A stretch of DNA of 64,000 nt from an uncultured Defluviitaleaceae bacterium (GCA_964583165.1 CAZOVK010000002.1:14015-78014); one strand, 5' to 3'; shown: positions 1 through 8,646, numbered from the stretch's first letter. Program-made: numbers and translations. Notes: generated by a model not told the origin, from the sequence alone.

Positions 1-603
1 AACAACTTAGGGCTTGAATTCTGGTTTAGCCCCCATGTAGACATCCAGCGCAAGGGCTTGAGCGGTACGGCGAATACCAATATAATTATTCAACAAGGTG
101 ACCTGTTGCATTATGATGTGGGCATCAAGTATTTCGGGTTATGCACAGACAGCCAGCGTCTGGGATATGTATTGCGAGAAGGCGAAACATGTGTGCCAAA
201 AGATTTGCTTGATGGCTTCGCAAATACTAGCCGCTTTCAAGATATAGTAGCCGAAGAACACATCACAGGGCGCACAGGCAACGAAATCCTTAAAAAATCC
301 CTCGAACGTGCCAAGGCAGAGGGCATAGCCGCGATGCTCTACAATCATCCGATTGGCTTTTTTGGACACAGCGCGGGTACTGTAGTCGGATTGTGGGATA
401 TGCAGAATGGTATCGGGAAAAAAGGTGATTTCCCACTACATAAAAACACATGTTACGCTCTGGAGCTGAACACAGAAAGCCCCGTAGCCTCGTGGGACGG
501 GCAAATAGTGCGTTTTTGCGCTGAAGAAAGCGTCGCGTTTACAGAAGACGGCAAATTATCTTATATGTATGAGGGTAGGGGAGAGATTTTTGTAATTGGA
601 TAG
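1..603 (+). CDS. M24-family metallopeptidase (Xaa-Pro aminopeptidase-like), 5'-truncated by the window edge
   Basis: Frame is open from base 1 (NNLGLEFWFSPHVDIQRKG...). Pita-bread-fold metal motifs HPIGFFGHSAG, ELN and EE are present. Confidence 0.8.
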   Translation, partial: NNLGLEFWFSPHVDIQRKGLSGTANTNIIIQQGDLLHYDVGIKYFGLCTDSQRLGYVLREGETCVPKDLLDGFANTSRFQDIVAEEHITGRTGNEILKKSLERAKAEGIAAMLYNHPIGFFGHSAGTVVGLWDMQNGIGKKGDFPLHKNTCYALELNTESPVASWDGQIVRFCAEESVAFTEDGKLSYMYEGRGEIFVIG

Positions 604-614
604 TATAAATGCAA

Positions 615-645
615 TCGCCCAAAGAGTGTTCAAAGCTTTGGGCGA
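615..645. terminator. Intrinsic terminator hairpin between convergent genes
   Basis: tcgcccaaag (615-624) / ctttgggcga (636-645), perfect 10-bp stem. Confidence 0.6.
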
Positions 646-668
646 ATCTGTGTTCTTTGTTGATGTGC

Positions 669-1272
669 TTAATCCGTTAAAGTCAACATGCCGTATAATA
701 ACTGTGCCAACATAGCGCGGCTAGAGATGTATTTGGGGTTAAATTGCCGTTAGTACCCACTACTAAGCCGTTTTCTATGATGTAGGTCAATGCCTCTAAA
801 GCGTAATCGGAAATGTCGCCGCTGTCTGTATAATTAGAAAATGCCACACCGACACCCACAGGTAAGTCAGTCTTCAGTACGTTGAATAACATAACAAACA
901 TCTCTTCGCGTGTAATTTCACGCTCAGGGGCAAACAAATTTTCGCCTATGCCGTTCGAAATGCCGAGGTGTTTCGTCGCCGCCATATAACCCGTGTACCA
1001 TGTGTTACCCGCATCACCGAAATTATCGCCTGATTCTTGGGTTCTATGTCATATGCATCATACATCATTTTTATGAATTGCTCACGTGTGACAGCCGCTC
1101 TTGGTGAGAAGTTCCCGTTTGATTTGCATGGGGTAATGTTTTGTACTACGAAATACGTTACCGTGTCAAAATACCAGTCGTTGTTGGTTACATCAGAAAT
1201 GACTTGTCATTATAGTCGATGAAGTATACCGAAAAGTGTGAAAGTGACATAGTGACCTCGCCTGTGCCGCAC
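669..1272 (-). pseudogene. Degenerate C-terminal part of an S-layer (3x SLH) protein gene
   Basis: Joining frames gives TGEVTMSLSHFSVYFIDYNDKSF/SDVTNNDWYFDTVTY...FSPRAAVTREQFIKMM...KN/GDNFGDAGNTWYTGYMAA...FAPEREITREEMF...PNTS/SRAMLAQLLYGMLTLTD*. There are three single-base frameshifts (~1200, ~1032, ~722) and no 5' part. Confidence 0.85.
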
Positions 1273-1278
1273 TATAAC

Positions 1279-1560
1279 TTACTTTTTCAGTTGTTCAAGA
1301 ATTTCGAAATGCTCCGAAAGCTCACGCGCCGCTTTTAGCAGCTCTTGTGCTTCGTCAAAATACATACCGAAACCAAAAGTAAGCTGAATGACCTTGTCGC
1401 GTGAGGGCTTGCGTGTTCCTTTGAATAATTGATGTCAAAAAGTGCGCTTAATGCCTGATTTGTTTATGATTGCACGAGAAGTTGTCTTTTTGTCGGCGCA
1501 TAAGCGATTGAGAGAATCACAAAGTTCAACTTTTTAAGTTATGATATCAGCTATGTTGAC
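1279..1560 (-). pseudogene. Decayed XRE-like HTH protein gene
   Basis: One frame reads VNIADIIT*KVELCDSLNRLCADKKTTSRAIINKSGIKRTF*HQLFKGTRKPSRDKVIQLTFGFGMYFDEAQELLKAA...KK*. In-frame stops at 1536-1534 and 1437-1435; the RKPSRDKVIQL motif is typical of this HTH group. Confidence 0.65.
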
Positions 1561-1584
1561 AATATCTGAGAATATATGTATACT
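1556..1584 (+). promoter_or_regulatory. Sigma-A promoter for the PI-PLC gene
   Basis: TTGACA (1556-1561), 17 bp, TATACT (1579-1584); RBS AGGGGGAG at 1621-1628. Confidence 0.75.
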
Positions 1585-1635
1585 TATATCAACATACAAT
1601 AAGTGTATGCTACTATTGAAAGGGGGAGATGTACG

Positions 1636-2991
1636 ATGGACAGGGGAATATCCTACGACATTGATTTATCCAAAGGCGAACCTGTTTATGATGCAAAGAG
1701 CTATTTCTCAATAACTGAAAGTCATAATTTCAGTCAGCGTAACGGAGACTGGGTGCTAACTTCCGGCGGTTCTATTGATGTGCGGTTGGATACCCAGAGA
1801 AACAGCGGCAATGTGGACATTAAACTGCAGTTTATGATTAGCGACAAGTCCAAAGATGTAACATTAGTCATATTGTTTAATAACCACATGTTCCAACAAA
1901 TTGACGATATTCAGAACAATATATATTATCACGACATGGCGTTCTCTATGCCCGAGAATCTGGCAATGACCGGAATAAACTATTTCCGCATATTATTCGA
2001 CTCGAAAAACGGCGAAAAGCTGTATATAAGGCGTATCGGGTGCAATATCGAAAAACCATACACCTTCGCCGACTGGATGGGGCAGTTGGATAAAATGACC
2101 CCACTCAATGAAATCAATATGCCTGGCACACACGACTCCGCCTCTATCAATTGTAGTTTTAGAACAGTGTGGTCCTGTCAGAACAAGACAATATACCAAC
2201 AACTCATGGGTGGCATACGCGTACTGGATGTGCGCCTAAAGGTCAATGGCCCCGGTAGCGGCGTTGTTACCTGCCATGGCGACCTGCCGGGCAATGAGTA
2301 CCAAACATTTGAAAGCTTATTGTTAGAATGCAGAGAATTCCTGCGATGTTATCAGACCGAATGTATAGTTATGTCGTTAAGGGTAGACGATTGGGGAAAT
2401 TACTCGAACGACAAGAACAAAGCAAAGAGCTACATAGAAGCCGTTCTGCTACAACAGAGCGTCAATATTAATCGGCAGTCGTCAATCCCATTACTGCGCG
2501 ACGCCGCTCGGAGTATCTTCCTAATTAACCGCATTGACGAAACGCTGAGATTCGGCGTACCCATGCCGTTCCAAGACAACACCGATTTCAACCTAAAACC
2601 CGTGAACCCAACGCGTTCGTTCGAGGCATTTGTATCTGATGTATATAGCCCAGATTTTAGCAACCCCAAAGCTGACAAGTACAACCGTGCCATTCAAATG
2701 ATAAAGCTGTGCAATCAAAGTTGTGGTAAGGGTAGACCTCTACTGTTCTGGACTTTTACCACGGCAAATGTCCTGCTCTTTGGCGTATACATCATGGACG
2801 CGCTACTATCCTATTGGGGTAAGAGTATGCCACAATCGCGTGAACGCAAAATTGGCTGGCTGATGTTCGACTACCCGTTCCAGATTTACAACACAGACAG
2901 ATTCGGCTATATAAACATCATCGACTTCATCATAAACTCTAATTTCGGCTACAACGCATACGCGAACACCTTTGCGTTAAAGGGCTTTTAG
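1636..2991 (+). CDS. Phosphatidylinositol-specific phospholipase C (PI-PLC X domain) with ~140-aa N-terminal beta-rich extension; no signal peptide
   Basis: MPGTHDS, QLMGGIRVLDVRL, CHG and WLMFDY motifs. ATG at 1636 follows the RBS; the ORF track starts at 1603. Confidence 0.85.
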   Translation: MDRGISYDIDLSKGEPVYDAKSYFSITESHNFSQRNGDWVLTSGGSIDVRLDTQRNSGNVDIKLQFMISDKSKDVTLVILFNNHMFQQIDDIQNNIYYHDMAFSMPENLAMTGINYFRILFDSKNGEKLYIRRIGCNIEKPYTFADWMGQLDKMTPLNEINMPGTHDSASINCSFRTVWSCQNKTIYQQLMGGIRVLDVRLKVNGPGSGVVTCHGDLPGNEYQTFESLLLECREFLRCYQTECIVMSLRVDDWGNYSNDKNKAKSYIEAVLLQQSVNINRQSSIPLLRDAARSIFLINRIDETLRFGVPMPFQDNTDFNLKPVNPTRSFEAFVSDVYSPDFSNPKADKYNRAIQMIKLCNQSCGKGRPLLFWTFTTANVLLFGVYIMDALLSYWGKSMPQSRERKIGWLMFDYPFQIYNTDRFGYINIIDFIINSNFGYNAYANTFALKGF

Positions 2992-3034
2992 GAGATTTAG
3001 CTAACACAGCAAATTAGGATGTCTATGGTAATTC

Positions 3035-3060
3035 GCGCGGCTTAGGTCGCGCCTTTTATT
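3035..3060. terminator. Hairpin terminator after PI-PLC; homologous to the terminator of the 28583-33418 gene
   Basis: gcgcgg-cttagg-tcgcgc followed by cttttatt. Confidence 0.5.
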
Positions 3061-3083
3061 GTGCTATTTTGGTTTTTCGATTC

Positions 3084-3362
3084 TTATTCGGCTGTAGCGT
3101 TTAGAAGATAAAAAGCATCTTCGCTACCTAGGAGCGTGTTATCGTGCCTTTCGGGTTAAAACGATTGCTAGAACCCTGTATAAGTCAGTTGTTGGAGAAA
3201 GCGGACACTGCTTCGTCCGGTATGCCGAAACCTTGTTGAAATCATTGAATGTCGACACATTTAATGTCATCGGGAGCGACACTTTGGCGTATTTCGGATA
3301 GTTATACAAAGTAGCCGCCATTTGTTTAGGCGTGATAAAGTTATTCGCGCCGAACTTACCGC
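3084..3362 (-). pseudogene. Orphan degenerate 3' tail (last SLH repeat) of an S-layer gene
   Basis: The reverse complement aligns by eye with 33140-33418: QMAATLYNYPKYAKVSLPMTLNV vs QMAAIIYNYLKYAKVSLPTTLNV. Both end ...TAE*. The remnant is frameshifted and has an internal TAG. Confidence 0.85.
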
Positions 3363-3369
3363 GTCAAGC

Positions 3370-3627
3370 TATAACGAACTTTCAGAAATCGGAGTATGGG
3401 ATACTTCCTCTAGGAGAGCTTTACTTGATAATCATCTAAATGAGGTTTTGCACGATTCAAGCAACATTATGGGTCTGGGGTGCGTTCGTATACCATAAAC
3501 AGAAAAATTTCATTTTACTGCTATTTCTAGAGAGAGGTTCTTTATGGTACCTAGGGGTGGTGTAAGAATTGAATCAGTGTGGGATGGTAACACATTGCTG
3601 ATGTTGGTCATAAAGGGAGGGAAATAA
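3370..3627 (+). pseudogene. Probable polymorphic-toxin C-terminal tip remnant
   Basis: Frame reads NELSEIGVWDTSSRRALLDNHLNEVLHDSSNIMGLGCVRIP*TEKFHFTAISRERFFMVPRGGVRIESVWDGNTLLMLVIKGGK*. It has one internal stop (3496-3498), no start codon, and a TAATG overlap with the next gene. Confidence 0.5.
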
Positions 3628-4124
3628 TGGTTTACAAAAAGGTATATAACTCTTGCCAAGAGCTTCAAATTGACGCAAGTGTAAATCGTTTTGCAATCTA
3701 TGGAGATTTGTATGATTTCAATAATAAATTTGAGTCCATTTCTTTATCGGATAAAGGGCATATTTGTGGAATTATGTATTACAATACAGGTATAGATTCA
3801 CAAATATTGCAATTAGATAATACATCTAAACTGCTCATTGGATTTGAGAAATGGATACTTGGAATTGATTGCTTAAGTAAAAAAATCATAGTTCAAACAA
3901 AATCGGTTGCTCCGTTCAATGAGTTTCTCGAAACGGATTACTGTATTTTATCCATTTGTGAGCTGGACATTTATGCTTACAATTCTAAATGTGAACTTCT
4001 CTGGTCTTCACAGTTTCGAGATGTCATAGTGGAGTATACTAAAATTAGTAGAGAAAAATTATTCGTACGATGCTCAAATGGTGATACAGTAATTCTTGCA
4101 TTAAAAAATGGGGCAACTCTGTAG
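3627..4124 (+). CDS. Hypothetical protein, probable immunity protein
   Basis: 165-aa AT-rich ORF, translationally coupled (TAATG) to the toxin-like tip; GGAGG RBS lies inside the tip. Confidence 0.5.
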   Translation: MVYKKVYNSCQELQIDASVNRFAIYGDLYDFNNKFESISLSDKGHICGIMYYNTGIDSQILQLDNTSKLLIGFEKWILGIDCLSKKIIVQTKSVAPFNEFLETDYCILSICELDIYAYNSKCELLWSSQFRDVIVEYTKISREKLFVRCSNGDTVILALKNGATL

Positions 4125-4172
4125 TGAGACTTTTTTAGGTGTAGATTCACGTGATACAAGTTGGTATGCTGA

Positions 4173-4421
4173 TGTGTTTTATTTGATACAAGGGATGAAG
4201 ATTTTGCGTCACTACTAAGTGGATTTGCCCCGTATCTATTCGAGGGCAGTTTGTCCGCAGACCCAGCAGTATGGAGTGGTTGGAAAGATTCCGTTAAAAA
4301 AGTTACAGACAGGGAATTTTTGACAACCCACGAGGCTCTTGATGTCACGCGTAAATTTATCATTTTTCACCATGATGCTGAACGCGACAGGGCGTACTAT
4401 CGTCCTGTTTCAGTCTGTTGA
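4173..4421 (+). pseudogene. Second immunity-like gene remnant
   Basis: Start-less frame CVLFDTRDEDFASLLSGFAPYLFEGSLSADPAVWSGWKDSVKKVT... The ADPAxWxxW motif recurs in small immunity-type proteins of Bacillota. Confidence 0.45.
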
Positions 4422-4593
4422 TAACCATTCGTTTACAATCCAAACATTGAATTTTGGTGACTAATATGGTATACTCGACAAAATAAAAGAAAGTCTAACT
4501 TTCTGTGAGCTTCAAGTTATTCTAATCTTACAATCGGCAAAAACAGGGAGGGTGTGTGGAGTTTAATTAAGTTATTCACGAAAGAGGAAGATT

Positions 4594-5073
4594 ATGGAAC
4601 CAGTGATTTTTATGCTTTGTTTAACACTGCATAATATCGAAGAGGCATTATGGTTTACCGAGTGGAGGATAAAAACAATGCCAAAAAGCCACAGGTCACC
4701 TCAAAAACTGCATTTTATTTTTGCAGTGTTAGGGGTGACCATATTAGGTTATCTTGCATCAGGGTTACGTATTATGTATCCTGCTAATACAATGATTGAA
4801 TTTTGTTATATTGGTTTTGTAGGAGCGATGCTTGTAAATGCAATAGTCCCTCATCTGTTGCTTACAATACGATACAAAAAATACTGCCCCGGGGTATTAA
4901 CAGGTTTTTTCCTATTAGTTCCATTCAACAGTATTATTCTATACAATGCTGTCACGTCATATTTGAAAGTAAGTGAGGTTTTAATAGCGACTATTGTTGT
5001 GGGAGTGGTGCTTCTTGTGTCAATCGCCGTTTTTGAAAGGATAGCAAAATTTTTATTAAAGGATTTGATTTAA
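4594..5073 (+). CDS. HXXEE-domain membrane protein
   Basis: LHNIEEALW motif, several hydrophobic helices, YCPGVLTG motif; upstream TTGAAT-17-TATACT. Confidence 0.8.
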   Translation: MEPVIFMLCLTLHNIEEALWFTEWRIKTMPKSHRSPQKLHFIFAVLGVTILGYLASGLRIMYPANTMIEFCYIGFVGAMLVNAIVPHLLLTIRYKKYCPGVLTGFFLLVPFNSIILYNAVTSYLKVSEVLIATIVVGVVLLVSIAVFERIAKFLLKDLI

Positions 5074-5087
5074 TTCTGTTTTCGTGA

Positions 5088-5528
5088 CTACAAATTACTT
5101 TAGCTGAATATCATCTTATGTTATTCGTAAATGCTGCGTTTGTCGAGGGTGATTGGATACCATTAGAAAATGCGGAAAGAGGTGAAGACATTCGCCCTAA
5201 CTACACATAGATGGAATACCCAAAACATGGTTTCTTTAGTGATAAAGTTTTCCCTATTATGTGTGAAGCAATACAAAGCATTGTTTTTGGCAACCACCGA
5301 TACAAAGGCCCCAAGCCGCTTTTTAAAATGATACACCAATATCTTTACAGCTTGGCGCATGGAGCGTATTCAAAGGAGTATTGGATTATGTTCATCTTTA
5401 TCAATGATTTCATCACCATACTTATATTGGCATACATTCAGGCTGCCGACAACGGTTATCGACAGCCTGAAACCGGTCTTATTCCACAGGTGTTTCATTC
5501 ATTAGAGCTCACATGCCCTTTGATATAA
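5088..5528 (+). pseudogene. Unidentified gene remnant
   Basis: The ORF at 5211 continues upstream in frame through a TAG at 5208-5210 (...FVEGDWIPLENAERGEDIRPNYT*MEYPKHGFF...). Confidence 0.3.
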
Positions 5529-5544
5529 GCACAAAACGAAAATA

Positions 5545-6477
5545 TCAGATATAATTCTTTATACACCCTTCCACCATGCTCCAAAACACATCAACATCAA
5601 TGCTCATTCCGACCTTGGTGTTATGTGGTTTTTTGAGCACATCAAGGACATCACAAACCGTACGCCCATAACATAATTCGCTTTTTATATCTATCGCTGT
5701 ATACATTGACTTTACCGAAAAGCAGGAAGGTTCTGTCAAATACGCGATACAGGTAGCGTCATGCAACGGGCCACCCGAAAGCCCATAGACTTCATTTTGT
5801 GTTTTCAGAACAAAGCGCATAATATCACAAAACAAAGCAGATGCCCTATTGCCGATAGACTCTATTCGAGTTATAACCTCTTTAGTGCATACTGTCTGAT
5901 TGGTTAAGTCCAACCCCATCATCACAATCGGTACACCGGATGTAAAAACCACATGGGCGGCCTCTGGGTCGGCATAGATGTTGAACTCAGCTGATGGCGT
6001 AGTATTACCGATAGAATAGGCCCCTCCCATCAATACAATCTCCGCAATTTTCGGTATGATACGTGGTTCAATACGCATTGCCATAGCAATATTGCTTAAC
6101 GGTCCAATCGGTACAATAGTGATATCCCCGTTTGATGCCATAAGGGTTTCAATTAGATAAGAAATGGCGTGTTTGTCTTCAATCTTTTTCTGTAGTGGCT
6201 CAAAAACAGGCCCGTCTAGCCCAGTTTCGCCATGAATGTTTGCGGCGACCACCTGTTCTCGAACCATAGGCAGTGACATGCCTGCATACACCGGCACATT
6301 GATATTCAGTGCTTGACAGACATTCAGACCATTTTGACAGGTCTTTTCAAGTGTCTGGTTCCCCGCAACAATGGTAATACCCAACAAATCAAGCTTTGGG
6401 TTATTAGCCGCCATCATAATGGCTATCGCGTCATCATGCCCCGGGTCACAATCAATGATGATTTTACGTTTTTCCAT
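5545..6477 (-). CDS. rihB: Pyrimidine-specific ribonucleoside hydrolase
   Basis: [66 protein letters not shown]; closely follows the E. coli RihB sequence as I recall it. Confidence 0.9.
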   Translation of the reverse strand: MEKRKIIIDCDPGHDDAIAIMMAANNPKLDLLGITIVAGNQTLEKTCQNGLNVCQALNINVPVYAGMSLPMVREQVVAANIHGETGLDGPVFEPLQKKIEDKHAISYLIETLMASNGDITIVPIGPLSNIAMAMRIEPRIIPKIAEIVLMGGAYSIGNTTPSAEFNIYADPEAAHVVFTSGVPIVMMGLDLTNQTVCTKEVITRIESIGNRASALFCDIMRFVLKTQNEVYGLSGGPLHDATCIAYLTEPSCFSVKSMYTAIDIKSELCYGRTVCDVLDVLKKPHNTKVGMSIDVDVFWSMVEGCIKNYI

Positions 6478-6500
6478 ATTTATCTTCCTTTCAAGGTAAG

Positions 6501-6536
6501 TTGGATATCGACATCCAAGCTGGATTATAGTATAAT
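6501..6536. promoter_or_regulatory. Overlapping divergent promoters with a palindromic operator candidate
   Basis: TTGGAT-N6-ATCCAA (6501-6518); plus-strand TCGACA (6508-6513)-17-TATAAT (6531-6536); minus-strand TATAAT at 6529-6524. Confidence 0.55.
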
Positions 6537-6590
6537 ATGAATAATAATAATATGAGAAATCTCACAACAAAAAAGAAAGGTTGAGAATCT

Positions 6591-7274
6591 GTGCGCGAGA
6601 TTAAGAACCAATCTCAAAGAGAGGCTGAGATAACGAAATCTGGCTTTATGAAGTACTTTTCGTTTAAGGCTGACTCTTTCGCAAAATTGATAACCTTTTC
6701 GCCTAACGAGTTTATTGTCAAAGAAGACTTTATGCCCTCTCATCTCTACTTTTTGACCTCGGGGCGCGCTAAACTTTATACCACTCTAGCTAATGGAAAG
6801 ATTGCTTTAATAGATTTTTTTATTGCGCCTTGTTTTATAGGCGAAATGGAGCTCGTTGGTCATACACAGGATATTTGTTCTGTACAGGCAATAGAGCCTT
6901 GTCTATGCCTAGCGTTGCCTATCTCACAATGCCGAGAAATGTTGCTGGCTGACCCGGTTTTTCTAAGGGGAATATGCCTATATCTCGGCGCCAAAAACGC
7001 AAAAAACATTCGGTTATTAACAGAAAACCAAAGGTTTCCGCTTGAAAACCGCCTAGCTAGTTTTATCTTGATGTCAACCGCCACAAACACTTATGAGGAA
7101 AAACACAGCCATGCCGCTGACTACCTCGGTGTATCATATCGCCATTTGTTATATGTGATGGCTCAATTTGTCGAGAAGGGATTTTTGGAAAAGGAAGACC
7201 GCATATACAAAATTACCGATAGACAAGCCCTTATACAATTGGCACACGCCGTCGAACCCGAGATGTTTTTTTGA
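6591..7274 (+). CDS. yeiL: Crp/Fnr-family transcriptional regulator YeiL
   Basis: GRAKLYTTLANGKIALIDFFIAPCFIGEMEL and AADYLGVSYRHLLYVMAQF; divergent from rihB as in E. coli. Confidence 0.85.
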   Translation: MREIKNQSQREAEITKSGFMKYFSFKADSFAKLITFSPNEFIVKEDFMPSHLYFLTSGRAKLYTTLANGKIALIDFFIAPCFIGEMELVGHTQDICSVQAIEPCLCLALPISQCREMLLADPVFLRGICLYLGAKNAKNIRLLTENQRFPLENRLASFILMSTATNTYEEKHSHAADYLGVSYRHLLYVMAQFVEKGFLEKEDRIYKITDRQALIQLAHAVEPEMFF

Positions 7275-7333
7275 TAATGCCCATGAATCCGACAAAGGCA
7301 AATAATCTACAATAGAAGCTAAGAAAATGTGCA

Positions 7334-7362
7334 TTGACAATTTATACTGCTACACATATACT
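7334..7362 (+). promoter_or_regulatory. Sigma-A promoter upstream of the Fic stub
   Basis: TTGACA-17-TATACT. Confidence 0.6.
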
Positions 7363-7447
7363 AGACTTAATATAATTATGGGGGGTTCTTTGTTAATTGG
7401 CTTCATACATTTAGCGCTATATGTAATATGAACATGAGGTGATACTT

Positions 7448-7567
7448 TTGGGAAGTGATAGGTTCAATGACCTTACTCAAATAGACAAACTAATAAATGA
7501 GCTAGACAGAAAACGCCCATTGACTAAAGGTGAGGTAGAGCGTTTGCGAGATGAGCGGATTATCTGA
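7448..7567 (+). pseudogene. N-terminal stub of a Fic-family protein
   Basis: RBS GAGGTGA, then (M)GSDRFNDLTQIDKLINELDRKRPLTKGEVERLRDERII*. This matches the LDxxRPLxxGEVERLR N-terminus of clostridial Fic proteins and stops before the TYNSNAIEG motif. Confidence 0.65.
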
Positions 7568-7588
7568 CAGAAAAGATACGGTTTTATA

Positions 7589-8449
7589 TCAATATCTTAA
7601 ATCCTCAATAAGATGATAAAGCTTGGAATAAAACCCGCGGATGTCAATACCTGCGTCAAGCCCCGATACTTGCCCGTCGCCTGTTTCTATAACTGTCCAA
7701 CTTCCGTCATCAAGTTGGGCGAAGTCAACAGTGTAGAATTGGCTGCTTAATTTTGGTATTCTACTCAAAAATTCTTTGGGCACACTGCCATTGGGCAATA
7801 AGTGATTTGTATGTGCAGAAACAGAAAGAACAAACCCTTTGAAATAGAAAACTCTATACTCACAAATCATGCCGTCAATCTTAGCGAAATTGACGAATTT
7901 TTTCAGTACGATACCCTTCGTATATAGCTCTCCGCGTAATTCCTTGAACCACCTCAGATAACCATCCAATTCCTCATTAGTCATTGCTGTATCCAATACT
8001 TTAAGGAAATGCTGTTCATTTACGGATTTCACATAGTCTTTTATTATGAATCTGTTAAAATTATTTCTTACGATAGACCAATCAACGTATTGACCATCTG
8101 GGTAGACCAATATTTCAGGCGTAAGACTTCTTATCACTGGGTACACATTAGGGAACTCATGGCAATATTCATATTGTTCTGGCGTATTGACGAGCGATAA
8201 ACCACTTGCCGATAGTTTTTCGTAAAGCGCCCTGTATTGTTCGGTTTTTAGCATCCAACCCCTATATATGCACAGCCCTGTTGAGTGTTGCTTAGGGTAA
8301 AGCTTGAGCTTACCACCGCTGATGAAATCATCATAATTGAATAGCAGTACGTTAAATTGCTCTGCCGCCGCTTTATATTCATTTTCATATGTACTGTCTG
8401 CTTTGGTCAAATCAAAAAAGTCGGCCGGGAATAAAATTGTAGCTCTCAT
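7589..8449 (-). CDS. ATP-grasp domain protein (R2K clade-like)
   Basis: IYRGWML, FIIKDYVKS, EYRVFY, FYTVDFAQLDDGSWTVIETGDGQVSGL; ATG at 8449 follows the GAGGTGG RBS. Confidence 0.8.
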   Translation of the reverse strand: MRATILFPADFFDLTKADSTYENEYKAAAEQFNVLLFNYDDFISGGKLKLYPKQHSTGLCIYRGWMLKTEQYRALYEKLSASGLSLVNTPEQYEYCHEFPNVYPVIRSLTPEILVYPDGQYVDWSIVRNNFNRFIIKDYVKSVNEQHFLKVLDTAMTNEELDGYLRWFKELRGELYTKGIVLKKFVNFAKIDGMICEYRVFYFKGFVLSVSAHTNHLLPNGSVPKEFLSRIPKLSSQFYTVDFAQLDDGSWTVIETGDGQVSGLDAGIDIRGFYSKLYHLIEDLRY

Positions 8450-8646
8450 TGTGCCTACCACCTCGGCAGTAATATTTGCACTTTTCAGTATACCATATCG
8501 TACAAGAAAATCAAATGATTTCAGTCTATGTAATGGCAACCGCAAAATGACATTACAGATGCTTATCTGTCATCATCGTTCAAAATTGAATACTGATGTG
8601 TTAGATAAGATTTGAAACTTAATTCAATGTGTTACAATCTGAAAAT

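Noticed and set aside
1435-1437. In-frame TGA in the HTH remnant as possible selenocysteine
   Set aside because: The same frame also has a TAA stop, the position is not a Cys/redox site, and no SECIS-like hairpin is evident.
3977-4363. 128-aa minus-strand ORF
   Set aside because: It is antisense to the immunity-like gene and remnant and has no motifs.
7564-8575. Short inverted match TGACAGA(A/T)AAG flanking the ATP-grasp gene, considered as element ends
   Set aside because: Only 10 of 11 bp match, with no transposase or target duplication; this is compatible with chance.
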